Below are positions 52,628-63,222 of a DNA stretch of 64,000 bases, one piece after another. The stretch comes from Colwellia sp. (GTDB lineage Bacteria; Pseudomonadota; Gammaproteobacteria; Enterobacterales; Alteromonadaceae). How positions within the stretch are numbered: the first letter of the stretch is position 1; each line of letters begins with the position of its first letter. The stretch spans positions 39,056 to 103,055 of the forward strand of contig JBLIEW010000009.1 of the NCBI GenBank assembly GCA_047633255.1, given 5' to 3'. Under the pieces are notes generated by a model. The model did not search any database. It saw nothing but the letters and a program-made list of their open reading frames with translations, and was not told where the DNA came from. Position numbers and translations under genes: made by a program.

Positions 52628-54085
52628 CTACATCATCACCACGTCAAACTGCTCTTGAGAATACATGGTTTCTGTTTTTACTTTAATTGATTTACCAATA
52701 AACACCTCAACTTCGGCAAGGCTATGAAATTCATCATTGACAAGAAAGTCATTAACTAAAGACGACGCATAAACAATAAACTGATCAGCATCGTGAGCAC
52801 GGTTCACTCGCACAATTTCACGCAAGATTTCAAAACAGACCGTTTCAACCGTTTTTAAATTCCCGCGCCCAGTGCAAACAGGACACTCTCCACACAATAC
52901 ATGCTCTAAACTTTCACGAGTTCGCTTGCGTGTCATTTCCACTAAACCTAGTGAAGAAAAGCCTTGCACACTAAATTTAACATTATCTCGAGACATGGCC
53001 ATTTCTAAGCTACTTAACACGCGGCGTTTATGATCTTCGTCGTGCATATCAATAAAATCGACAATGATGATGCCGCCTAAGTTTCTTAACCTGAGCTGTC
53101 TAGCAATAGCTTGTGTTGCTTCAACATTTGTACTAAAAATTGTATCTTCAAGGTTACGATGACCAACAAAAGCTCCCGTATTAATATCAACAGTCGTCAT
53201 AGCTTCGGTTTGATCAATAATCAAATACCCGCCCGATTTCAATTCAATTTTACGATGTAAAGCGCGTTGTATTTCTACCTCAACTGAAAACAAATCAAAA
53301 ATAGGACGTTCACCCGGATAGTATTCCATTACCTGTGTTAATTCAGGTACAAATTCTTCGGTAAAAATCACTAATTGATCATAGGTCAGTTTAGAGTCAA
53401 TGCGAATACGCTCAAAATCAACACCGACAAAATCGCGCAATACGCGCAAAGATAAGGATAAATCTTGATATAACGGCCTATCAACTTGTTTACGTTGTTT
53501 ACGCTCTTGTACTTTTTTCCACACACGACGTAAAAACTCCGCATCGTGTTTAAGCTCTTGTTCACCTGCGCCTTCACCTGCCGTTCGTACAATAAAGCCC
53601 TGATGCTCATCACAATAAGGGCTAACTATATCTTTTAAGCGCTTACGCTCTTTTGCATCTTCAATGCGCTGAGAGATGCCCGCGTGAGTAGCATGTGGCA
53701 TTAAGACTAGATAACGTGAGGCAATAGTTATATCGGTGGTTAAACGCGCACCTTTTGATCCCAGTGGATCTTTCACAACTTGTACCATTATATGCTGACC
53801 TTCATGGACTAAAGCCCGAATATCAGGAACTTGCTGTGTTTCTTCTTTTAAAATGAGTTTCGAATTAATGTCTGATGCGTGCAGGAAAGCGGCTTTATCT
53901 AAACCAATATCAATAAAAGCAGCTTGCATGCCCGGTAAAACTCGAATAACTTTACCTAAATATATGTTTCCTACAATGCCACGCTTTGCTTCACGCTCAA
54001 TATGAACTTCTTGCAAAGAGCCATGCTCAATTAAGGCGACCCGAGTCTCACTGGGAGTTACATTGATTAATAATTCACTACTCAT
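52628..54085 (-). CDS. rng: Ribonuclease G
   Basis: GNIYLGKV, MQAAFIDIG, TTVDINTG, GGIIIVDFIDM. Confidence 0.96.
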   Translation of the reverse strand: MSSELLINVTPSETRVALIEHGSLQEVHIEREAKRGIVGNIYLGKVIRVLPGMQAAFIDIGLDKAAFLHASDINSKLILKEETQQVPDIRALVHEGQHIMVQVVKDPLGSKGARLTTDITIASRYLVLMPHATHAGISQRIEDAKERKRLKDIVSPYCDEHQGFIVRTAGEGAGEQELKHDAEFLRRVWKKVQERKQRKQVDRPLYQDLSLSLRVLRDFVGVDFERIRIDSKLTYDQLVIFTEEFVPELTQVMEYYPGERPIFDLFSVEVEIQRALHRKIELKSGGYLIIDQTEAMTTVDINTGAFVGHRNLEDTIFSTNVEATQAIARQLRLRNLGGIIIVDFIDMHDEDHKRRVLSSLEMAMSRDNVKFSVQGFSSLGLVEMTRKRTRESLEHVLCGECPVCTGRGNLKTVETVCFEILREIVRVNRAHDADQFIVYASSLVNDFLVNDEFHSLAEVEVFIGKSIKVKTETMYSQEQFDVVMM

Positions 54086-54209
54086 ATTGCTTTTGATCCT
54101 TGCTATTTTTTATAGCTTATTGGTATTTTAGTACTAATACTAATCTTACTAGATAGGTAACCATTTCTAATGGGTAAAATAAATCACCTAATTAATGAAA
54201 CGGGTATAA

Positions 54210-54827
54210 TTAACTATTATCTTGAATAGTAGTTGGTAAACCTAATTTAGCTAATAACTGTGCTGTTTCATATAAAGGCAAACCAACCACCGCGGAATAG
54301 CTACCATTAATGGTAGTAACAAATTGGCCACCTAATCCTTGAATAGCATAAGATCCCGCTTTGTCACAAGGCTCTCCTGTTTGCCAATAGCGTTTAATTT
54401 CACTTAACGTTAACGCTTTAAACTGTACTTGCGTCTCAACTATCTTGCTGTGTACATTAGTGGTATCTACTGCTGAATAGCCAGCTACCGCAATGGCGGT
54501 TAGCACTTGATGCTGGTTATTTGCAAGGCGCAATAATGTTTCAATACATTCAGCTTCATTTGCTGGTTTACCTAATATTATGCCATCAATAACCACGCAG
54601 GTATCAGCGCCTAGCACTAACGATTGCTTTTTTTGTTCCTGCGCTAAGCTGTGAAAAATAGCAAGCGCCTTTTCTTGAGCTAGTCGCAATACATAGTCTT
54701 TAGCATTTTCATGATCACATACTGATTCATCAATATCTGCCACTAACGTGCTAAATTGATACCCTAATTGCTCTAAGAGCGTTTTTCGTCTAGGTGACTG
54801 CGAAGCAAGAATAAGTTGTTTCATCAT
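54210..54827 (-). CDS. maf: Maf-family nucleoside triphosphate pyrophosphatase (YhdE-like)
   Basis: LILASQSPRR, GADT, DKAGSYAIQG, VVGLPL. Confidence 0.92.
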   Translation of the reverse strand: MMKQLILASQSPRRKTLLEQLGYQFSTLVADIDESVCDHENAKDYVLRLAQEKALAIFHSLAQEQKKQSLVLGADTCVVIDGIILGKPANEAECIETLLRLANNQHQVLTAIAVAGYSAVDTTNVHSKIVETQVQFKALTLSEIKRYWQTGEPCDKAGSYAIQGLGGQFVTTINGSYSAVVGLPLYETAQLLAKLGLPTTIQDNS

Positions 54828-54842
54828 TTATATATTCGCGGC

Positions 54843-55322
54843 TTATTTAATAGAAAAATTTCGACGTACTCTACGTAATAAATAAAATACCCAAGGCCAT
54901 AAAACAATCGTTGTTATCACGGGATATAAATAACTGGTTAGAAACACAACATCAATTAAAAATCGTTGCAACCAAAAAACGACCAAATGGTACAAAGCGG
55001 CTAGTACACCAGTGATCAGTGCTTGTTGCCAAATGGAAAAGTTACGTATTTTTTGATGATTTCCGATAATAATATAGATTGATATTGCCATAGCCGCAGC
55101 ATGGACACCTAACACTGATCCCAAAAGCACATCCAATAAAAACCCCATCACCCATGCTGTGATAATATTCACGCGCCCTGGTAACGCCATACACCAATAC
55201 ATTAAAACAATAAGCACCCAATCAGGGCGAAAAGCATCCGCATTCAATGGCATCGGCATTATGCTTGCCATTAAGGCAATTAATAACGTGAAAAGAATAA
55301 TCACACCGTTATGAGCAAACAT
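54843..55322 (-). CDS. mreD: Rod shape-determining protein MreD
   Basis: RPDWVL, GFLLDVLLGSVLG; position. Confidence 0.93.
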   Translation of the reverse strand: MFAHNGVIILFTLLIALMASIMPMPLNADAFRPDWVLIVLMYWCMALPGRVNIITAWVMGFLLDVLLGSVLGVHAAAMAISIYIIIGNHQKIRNFSIWQQALITGVLAALYHLVVFWLQRFLIDVVFLTSYLYPVITTIVLWPWVFYLLRRVRRNFSIK

Positions 55323-56221
55323 TAATTAGCAGCCTTTACTTGGACTTTTACACTTGTTGGTGATTGCTTCTCACGTATTTTAGGTGCGAAAATATTTTGA
55401 GGTTCTTTTTCTGACAATAATAATAAATAACGTAACCGATCTATTTGAGCTATTGGTGTACTAAATATTTGAACAAACTCTCTAGACTCATTATTGTTAA
55501 CAAAGGAGACTTTGGCCACCGGATACCCTTCTGGATATTTGCCACCTAAACCTGAGGTAACCAATAAATCACCTATTTTTATGTCTGCACTTTGTGGCAC
55601 AAAATTATGAATTAATCTGTCTATCTGACCACTGCCAGAGGCAAGTAACCTTAAGCCATTACGCTGAACCCTAACCGGTACAGCATGTGATATATCCGTA
55701 ATGAGTATCACCCGAGAACTCGCCTGCCCTACGTGTAATATTTGCCCAACAATACCAAGTGCATCAAGCACAGGTTGCCCTTCATAAACACCATCGCCAG
55801 CACCGCGATTAATGACTATTTGATCGCTGTAAGGGTCACTATCTACAGAGAGAACTTCTGCCACCATTTTTTTTATTTCATTGCGCAAAGGCGAAGCAAG
55901 TAAAGATCGTAACCGGTCATTTTCTTGCTTTAGGATATCAAGTTGCATCGCTTCTTCATGATAATCAAGTTCATTTAAACGATATTGTTGATTTTCAATC
56001 ATTAACTGTTGGCGAGTAGTAAGGTTTGTTGATGCCCATGTCATTAACTGCTTTGGGGTATTAGCCAAATATTGCAATGGACTGACTAATGATTGCAAAT
56101 AACCACGTACGGATTCAAAACTAGCCATTTTATGGTCGAAAAAAATCAATAAGGCAGAACAAAACAGCACCAAGACAAGTCGGTGCTGTGGGGATGGACC
56201 ATGTTTAAAGATTGGGTTCAT
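55322..56221 (-). CDS. mreC: Rod shape-determining protein MreC
   Basis: ENDRLRSLL, INRGAGDG, TSGLGGKYPEGYPV. Confidence 0.95.
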   Translation of the reverse strand: MNPIFKHGPSPQHRLVLVLFCSALLIFFDHKMASFESVRGYLQSLVSPLQYLANTPKQLMTWASTNLTTRQQLMIENQQYRLNELDYHEEAMQLDILKQENDRLRSLLASPLRNEIKKMVAEVLSVDSDPYSDQIVINRGAGDGVYEGQPVLDALGIVGQILHVGQASSRVILITDISHAVPVRVQRNGLRLLASGSGQIDRLIHNFVPQSADIKIGDLLVTSGLGGKYPEGYPVAKVSFVNNNESREFVQIFSTPIAQIDRLRYLLLLSEKEPQNIFAPKIREKQSPTSVKVQVKAAN

Positions 56222-56408
56222 AGAAAACCAGTTATGGGTTGATAACTTCTAATTATAAATTACTTTCATCTATTTTCTCTTCTTGTTAATCACTAGTTTA
56301 TTCGCCGAAATTTAGTTCAAGTACAAGGCAAAGGCACGGAGTTGACGTTAGTCAATGAGTACTTTTAACGCCGTAATTAAGCTAAATGGCAAAGAATAAA
56401 TAGTAATT

Positions 56409-57560
<1,152 letters not shown>

Positions 57561-57713
57561 CTATTGTGTGTGTTGCTTTTAATAGATATTTGTACTAATT
57601 ATCCGCTTGTCGTTTGATAATTCGTTCTGGGGATACCACGATATAAGAAAAAGTGGCTGTAGCCGTTAGAAATTCACTTTGAAATATTAAACAATTATCA
57701 AATTTTTGATAAT

Positions 57714-57735
57714 AAAAAACCCCGCTATTGCGAGG
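57714..57735 (-). terminator. Rho-independent terminator of the PEP-CTERM gene
   Basis: Minus strand CCTCGC-aata-GCGGGG then TTTTTT. Confidence 0.7.
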
Positions 57736-57769
57736 CTGTCCGAGTATCCTAAGCTTGACGAAGAGCAAT

Positions 57770-58384
57770 TTAGCTAAATAATCTCTTTTTACTGACTAAA
57801 GCAATTAAGCCAAGGGAAAAAATCATTAGGGTTGAAGGCTCTGGAACGGGTGTTGATGTATTCGTTTTACGTACGTAAAAAGTTTCAAAGTTAGCACCCG
57901 CAATGCCCACTCCATCAATACCTGATAGCAGCAAAGAACTACTAGTTGTTTGGCGATTATAATCGGATAAATTAGCTTTATTAATAAATTCAGTTAGCAC
58001 ACCCTTAATTGGGATAGTTTCTCTCGTAACAATATCATCAAAAATACTGTTCCAAAAAGATACTGCTTGAATGTAAGTTCCATCTTTATTATCAAAGTCA
58101 TCTAAAACGAAGTTAGCAAATAATATATCAAGGTCATTTTCAGTAGCGTAGTCCCAACCTTGATGTAAGTCCGGTGCATATAATCTATTAGTAGTAACCA
58201 AACTTGGATCTCCCCAATATTCAGTATTAACAATAGAGGCCCAAGCAAAGTCAATTGTAATACCATCACCAACATAAGTGACATAATTAGCTGAGGTTAA
58301 TGGATCTGTGATAAGGGTTGCATTAGAAGTATTAGATAAAACTAATGACGTTATAAAAATAAATATTACTGTAAACTTATTCAT
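57770..58384 (-). CDS. PEP-CTERM sorting-signal protein
   Basis: N-terminal signal peptide; C-terminal VPEPSTLMIFSLGLIALVSKKR. Confidence 0.92.
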   Translation of the reverse strand: MNKFTVIFIFITSLVLSNTSNATLITDPLTSANYVTYVGDGITIDFAWASIVNTEYWGDPSLVTTNRLYAPDLHQGWDYATENDLDILFANFVLDDFDNKDGTYIQAVSFWNSIFDDIVTRETIPIKGVLTEFINKANLSDYNRQTTSSSLLLSGIDGVGIAGANFETFYVRKTNTSTPVPEPSTLMIFSLGLIALVSKKRLFS

Positions 58385-58432
58385 TTACTACTCCGAAAAA
58401 ATGAAAGACCACATTACAATCAATAATTAACA

Positions 58433-58450
58433 ATGCACAATTTAAGCCAA
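58433..58450 (-). promoter_or_regulatory. Sigma54 (-24/-12) promoter
   Basis: Minus strand TTGGCTTAAATTGTGCAT = GG-N10-GC, about 50 nt before the PEP-CTERM start. Confidence 0.7.
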
Positions 58451-58511
58451 TAAATTATTATGCCTTATTTACAGCAACTTATGATTTATGATTTTTATTT
58501 TAAAATTGGAA

Positions 58512-58528
58512 TGTAAAAAAAACAGACA
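58512..58528. promoter_or_regulatory. Enhancer-binding box TGT-N11-ACA (PEP-CTERM/PrsR-type)
   Basis: TGTAAAAAAAACAGACA, about 62 nt upstream of the sigma54 element. Confidence 0.6.
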
Positions 58529-58548
58529 TTAAATCCCAACAAAAAGCA

Positions 58549-58983
58549 CTATAAAATTCTAGCGCTAATTTCAATTTGTCTTGAGGTAAAAACATCAGCA
58601 ACATTACATTGTCCTGTACTCGTAATGGTATAATAAATAACTCCATTAACTGTTGCCTCTTCGGTACAACCAACATTTATCGCTTTACAGTTTTCTAGCC
58701 CTTCAATAGATGAAAAATCATATTCAACATCACCTAAACACACACCATTATTGGGTAATAGAGGAAACAGTTCACTCATTTTTTTTTGTGCTCCTGATTT
58801 TGCTGCTTGAAATGCTCTTGTTCCTATGACTTCATAAGCGATAGTTTCTGCATTAGAACTAGTCATCCTAACAAGAGCCGCTCCCAATAGCGTAATGACA
58901 ACAATAATAAAAATAGCAATAACGAGTGCACTACCCTTCTGCTTATTTAAAGTTCTATTAGTTACTAATAGTTTATGGAACAT
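58549..58983 (-). CDS. mshP: MSHA minor pilin MshP
   Basis: KGSALVIAIFII..LGAALVR, RAFQAA; position. Confidence 0.8.
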   Translation of the reverse strand: MFHKLLVTNRTLNKQKGSALVIAIFIIVVITLLGAALVRMTSSNAETIAYEVIGTRAFQAAKSGAQKKMSELFPLLPNNGVCLGDVEYDFSSIEGLENCKAINVGCTEEATVNGVIYYTITSTGQCNVADVFTSRQIEISARIL

Positions 58984-59719
58984 TTAACACCTGTACTTCA
59001 TTATTGAAAGTAACTTGCTCACTGTTTTTCTCAAAACGAAAATGTACTTGCACCATGGCGTTACGCTGTAAAGTTGAGGCTATAACATCGAAAGGGTTAG
59101 TATTATAAATATCTTGCGCCATGATTGTTCCGTTTCTAGTTAACACATTATTTTGTAGGCAATATTTTACGCTTCCATTGACAAAATACATTCTTTGAGT
59201 GGGTGAGTCTTCTGCAAATACCACATCATTCTCTAAAGTAATAACCCACTCATCTCCTGTGGCTACAATGCTATCAACGCTATGTACTTTATCATTATTA
59301 CTAGAAATAAGAGGATAAACATCATCAGGTACTAGTGGATAAACTATTACACGCCAATTACTATCAAAAGCTTCATCAAACTTGATAACATTAATATTAT
59401 CTCTAGCAGTTTCAGGTGCTACAGGTATATCTGTGTAAATAGTGCTTTCAATGATAGGGGTAAATTCTAAACATTGATTTGAGCTTGTTAACCTTAAACT
59501 ATTAGGTAGTGCATTCCTAAGCTCACGATTTAAACGTTCAATAGCAAATCTTGCTGATGACACTAATTGATCTCTGGCAGTAGTTTCAGTATAAATTTGT
59601 GTTCCAAAATTTATAAAGGTACTCGTTGCCACCGCTAAGACTCCTAAAATAATAATAACAACTATCAGCTCAATCAGGCTAAAACCAGATAATTTATTCT
59701 GCATTAAATGCTTCATCAA
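58973..59719 (-). CDS. mshO: MSHA minor pilin MshO
   Basis: GFSLIELI prepilin, ERLNRELRNALPNS, C-terminal VLNVP. Confidence 0.85.
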   Translation of the reverse strand: MMKHLMQNKLSGFSLIELIVVIIILGVLAVATSTFINFGTQIYTETTARDQLVSSARFAIERLNRELRNALPNSLRLTSSNQCLEFTPIIESTIYTDIPVAPETARDNINVIKFDEAFDSNWRVIVYPLVPDDVYPLISSNNDKVHSVDSIVATGDEWVITLENDVVFAEDSPTQRMYFVNGSVKYCLQNNVLTRNGTIMAQDIYNTNPFDVIASTLQRNAMVQVHFRFEKNSEQVTFNNEVQVLNVP

Positions 59720-60309
59720 AAATTAGCTCTATAAGTTGAAAAATGCATTGAAAAATCAGTCGGTGTAATGATAGTTATTGTAATTAACTTAGCTATTGAT
59801 TTATCTATTACTGGATCAGTATTACAAACGCCATCATAATCAGCATCATTACATACGTTAATAGTCATGGCATAACCAAAATATAAATCTAATGGAAGCC
59901 CTTGTGAATTTACAACTTCGCCTGGGTTGTAAACCAAGTTATTGTAATCATCCACATCATCAAACGTGGCTCTAGTTTCAGTTATACCACCCAAAACAGT
60001 TTCAGGCCCCATATCGGTAGAACAATTAGGTGCACCAGTTTCTCCACATCGAAGTTGACCACCGGCCATGTCTGAATTGTCATCAAAAGCTTTGTTTTGA
60101 ATTTCATTGAGCATAGATTGCGCTAACTCTGCCGCCTTCACTTGGTGCAACTGCTCTGCGCTTTGTTGTGCTACTGGAAAAATCAGAGAAGTAAGTACAG
60201 AGAAAGAAATAGCTAAAATAACGATGCCAACAATAGTTTCAATTAAAGTAAAACCTTTATGACGTTGGCGAGAACAAGAATGACTAAATTGCATAAATAT
60301 AGCCCTCAT
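59716..60309 (-). CDS. mshD: MSHA minor pilin MshD
   Basis: GFTLIETIVG, AAELAQSMLNEI, FDDVDDY, C-terminal YRANF. Confidence 0.85.
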   Translation of the reverse strand: MRAIFMQFSHSCSRQRHKGFTLIETIVGIVILAISFSVLTSLIFPVAQQSAEQLHQVKAAELAQSMLNEIQNKAFDDNSDMAGGQLRCGETGAPNCSTDMGPETVLGGITETRATFDDVDDYNNLVYNPGEVVNSQGLPLDLYFGYAMTINVCNDADYDGVCNTDPVIDKSIAKLITITIITPTDFSMHFSTYRANF

Positions 60310-60787
60310 TATTTATTTTAAGAGATAATGTACTTTCGCCTGCCACTGTTAATGTTATTTCACATGGCGTAATGGCAGCGCAGCCTATAGGCTTTCCTAA
60401 TGAAGAAAATGAGAAACCAGATAGCGCTTCAGACACTGTGAAATTAATATTGTGGTTATCACTGATATAAACTGTTGTGGATTCTCCTGAATACCCAACC
60501 TCACATGTAGCAGCATTGGGAGTTGTTGCTAACAATCCAATACTGGAGGAAGCCACCTGAATCAATTGGCATTTACCGCTATCGGTTTGCTGCATTGTAC
60601 GAAGTTGAATAGCTCTAAGCTTAATGATTAACTCATCACGGTATGTATATTCTTCAAAACCTTTAGAAGATAAAATTTTCGGCACAACTGTCGCTGCCAT
60701 TATTGATATTATGATAATAACAATAATTAGCTCTATTACAGTAAATCCTCTATTTTTATTTACAATTAACAATTTAGAATGATTCAT
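60284..60787 (-). CDS. mshC: MSHA minor pilin MshC
   Basis: GFTVIELIIV, LRAIQLRTMQ, FSSLGKP, INNEGYI. Confidence 0.8.
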   Translation of the reverse strand: MNHSKLLIVNKNRGFTVIELIIVIIIISIMAATVVPKILSSKGFEEYTYRDELIIKLRAIQLRTMQQTDSGKCQLIQVASSSIGLLATTPNAATCEVGYSGESTTVYISDNHNINFTVSEALSGFSFSSLGKPIGCAAITPCEITLTVAGESTLSLKINNEGYIYAI

Positions 60788-60805
60788 AATGAGGCTATCA
60801 TCATT

Positions 60806-61282
60806 TTAATAACATGGATTTGAGCCAATTTCAGGTTGAAGACCAACACCTTTAGGAGCTGTATAAAAGGTTACACAGTCTTGGAAAGTACTAGTAGGCA
60901 CATCATCTTCAGCAAGATAGACGATTATAGAGCCACTTACAGTTGCTGTAAAGGCAAAAGCTGATGAGTCCAAATCAAGTAATTTATCTCTCCATTCACT
61001 TATAGATGCATTTGGGTGACCATATATTATTGAAATAACAACACCACTGGCTATTTCTAGCGTAGGACTAGTTGAAGGTAGAGCTTTATGATTCCCCTTA
61101 ACAATAGACTTTCCATATACAAGCGCAGAAGCACCCTGCATAGCAGCTTTAACCCCCTCTAATGTTGCGGTTTTCGCATCCGCTTTTAAGTTAATATATT
61201 TAGGCACTGCAGTTACCGCTAATATACCTAAAATAACAATAACTACCACTAATTCAATTAAGGTAAAACCTTTATTATTCAT
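60806..61282 (-). CDS. mshA: MSHA-type major pilin
   Basis: KG-FTLIELVVVIVILGILAVTAVPKY, ATLEGVKAAM, YGHP, C-terminal Cys pair. Confidence 0.8.
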   Translation of the reverse strand: MNNKGFTLIELVVVIVILGILAVTAVPKYINLKADAKTATLEGVKAAMQGASALVYGKSIVKGNHKALPSTSPTLEIASGVVISIIYGHPNASISEWRDKLLDLDSSAFAFTATVSGSIIVYLAEDDVPTSTFQDCVTFYTAPKGVGLQPEIGSNPCY

Positions 61283-61317
61283 GAGACATTCTCTAATGCT
61301 AAAACTTTAATTATTGA

Positions 61318-61337
61318 AGATATAATCCGTTATATCT
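61318..61337. promoter_or_regulatory. Perfect 8-4-8 palindrome between divergent mshA and PglL-like genes
   Basis: AGATATAA-tccg-TTATATCT. Confidence 0.45.
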
Positions 61338-61373
61338 CTGATATGATACCTTACAATATTTTATCAATAAAGG

Positions 61374-63119
61374 GTGAGTTATTGTTTGTTTCACACTCAT
61401 AAACAAACCAATTTACTTCAATTAATTAAACCTATGTGGTCACTTTTTTCTTTTTTCAAATTTTTTCTTGTAAGCTATTTTTTAGTCGGTATGCATATTG
61501 TTTTAGATACTCCCGGTGGTACGGGGTTGTATTTATCATTCAATATTATTGCTTGGTTGTTTGTCGTGATATTAGTTGCCCTGGGTCTTTGGCAGATTAC
61601 ATTAAATAAAAAAATAGCTTATAGCAAAATGTTAGTGTGGCTATCTATTGGTTGTATTTGCTTATATGTACCAATGTTCTATTCTTTTGAATTTACTGAT
61701 CATGCCATCCCTAGGCTTTTAGCACTAACAGGCGGTTTGCTGTTACTATTTTGTTTATATCAATTCCCGATTACTAAATCTGATAAGTACCAGCTACTTA
61801 TGCTTGTACTAATTGCTGTAGCATTGGAGTCTTGTTTAGGCTTAGCGCAATATTTTTTCTTTACGGAAGGTTTTTGGGGCGGTTATAAAGTAGGTGTGAG
61901 TAGGCCACATGGTGTATTTTTACAACCCAATGTGATGGCAAGCTTTATGGCAACTGGCTTGGCTATTGCCCTTTTCCTCTCAATTCAAGTCACATTAATC
62001 AACTCTAGATTATCTACCCCCTTGAAAGGGATTATATACTTCACTTTATTTTCCACTAGCTTTTTACTTGTGGTACTCCAATCAAGAACAGGACACTTAA
62101 GTGCCATTCTAGTATTGGCTCTTATCACCCCTTATTTATATCAAATGAATCGTAAACAACTATTTATTAATGTTATTGTCATTTTTTTAGCCCTAGTTAC
62201 CGCGATGATAAGCTTTCAAGTCTCTGATGTGGCTAAGCGCGGTGGTAAAAATTACCAGTCTGTTGGTTCACGAAACGTTATCTTTGAAGTAAGTACAGAT
62301 ATGGTAAAAACCAAACCCCTGTTTGGTTATGGCTATGGTAGCTTTGAACGAAGCTTTATAGATCACTTTAATCAATATGCAATAAAACACCCTGAAGTAG
62401 GTAATACCATAAAACGCTTATCACACCCACATAATGAAGTGCTCTTTTGGCTAATTGAAGGAGGGATAATAGCGTTATTAGCTTTTATGTTATTCACTAA
62501 AGCTTACATTTCAACTTGGCTTAAAATTAGTAGACTCAAAGCCTTAGCTTTATTTGCCTTACTACTACCTATTTTATTACACAGCCAACTGGAGTTTCCT
62601 TTCTATAGCTCGGTAAGTCACTTTATAATTTTTATCTTGCTACTCTGGTTGACCGATACTGAAAACTCAAAAAACAGCTTATCGTTTGACTGCACTAATA
62701 CCTTCTTAATACGCTTTATTTCGCTATTGATTCCAGCGATTTTTGTGCCTTTTTTAGCAACAAGTTTACAGACTGCCAATATTTTGGTTGAGTATGAAAA
62801 AAATGGCTATCAATCAATAGAAAAACTTGAAGACATTATCAATCCTATTGCTTGGCAAAATAGATTAGATACTGCCGTTTATGCGCATATTTTAGTGTCC
62901 GGGCTAACAGAAAAAAATAGCGATAAATTAGAACATTACATTGTCTGGGCTCTGCAAAGAATAAAACACATGCCCAGAGAAAGCGTGTATAAAAATCTCC
63001 TTCTAGCGCTTAGCATCTTAAACAAAGATATCGAGTATCAACGGTTGCTTAGGGAAGCTAAACAAACATATCCTCAACAAAATAATTGGCAAAACAACAT
63101 TTTATCACCAAAAAAGTAA
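61374..63119 (+). CDS. PglL-like O-oligosaccharyltransferase / O-antigen ligase family (Wzy_C)
   Basis: Many TMs; RPHGVFLQPNVMASF, GYGYGSF, HPHNE..W..EGG, LHSQLEFPFY. Confidence 0.8.
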   Translation: MSYCLFHTHKQTNLLQLIKPMWSLFSFFKFFLVSYFLVGMHIVLDTPGGTGLYLSFNIIAWLFVVILVALGLWQITLNKKIAYSKMLVWLSIGCICLYVPMFYSFEFTDHAIPRLLALTGGLLLLFCLYQFPITKSDKYQLLMLVLIAVALESCLGLAQYFFFTEGFWGGYKVGVSRPHGVFLQPNVMASFMATGLAIALFLSIQVTLINSRLSTPLKGIIYFTLFSTSFLLVVLQSRTGHLSAILVLALITPYLYQMNRKQLFINVIVIFLALVTAMISFQVSDVAKRGGKNYQSVGSRNVIFEVSTDMVKTKPLFGYGYGSFERSFIDHFNQYAIKHPEVGNTIKRLSHPHNEVLFWLIEGGIIALLAFMLFTKAYISTWLKISRLKALALFALLLPILLHSQLEFPFYSSVSHFIIFILLLWLTDTENSKNSLSFDCTNTFLIRFISLLIPAIFVPFLATSLQTANILVEYEKNGYQSIEKLEDIINPIAWQNRLDTAVYAHILVSGLTEKNSDKLEHYIVWALQRIKHMPRESVYKNLLLALSILNKDIEYQRLLREAKQTYPQQNNWQNNILSPKK

Positions 63120-63147
63120 ATTTTTCTGGTGATAGTTAGGCATATTC

Positions 63148-63197
63148 CCATTACCAATCAAGAGGCATGTTCGAGAGTGTACTTTGAATGGTAATGG
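63148..63197. terminator. Imperfect hairpin between convergent genes
   Basis: CCATTACCA...TGGTAATGG 9-bp arms. Confidence 0.4.
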
Positions 63198-63222
63198 TCC
63201 TAAAACTAAGCTTTACTATCAA

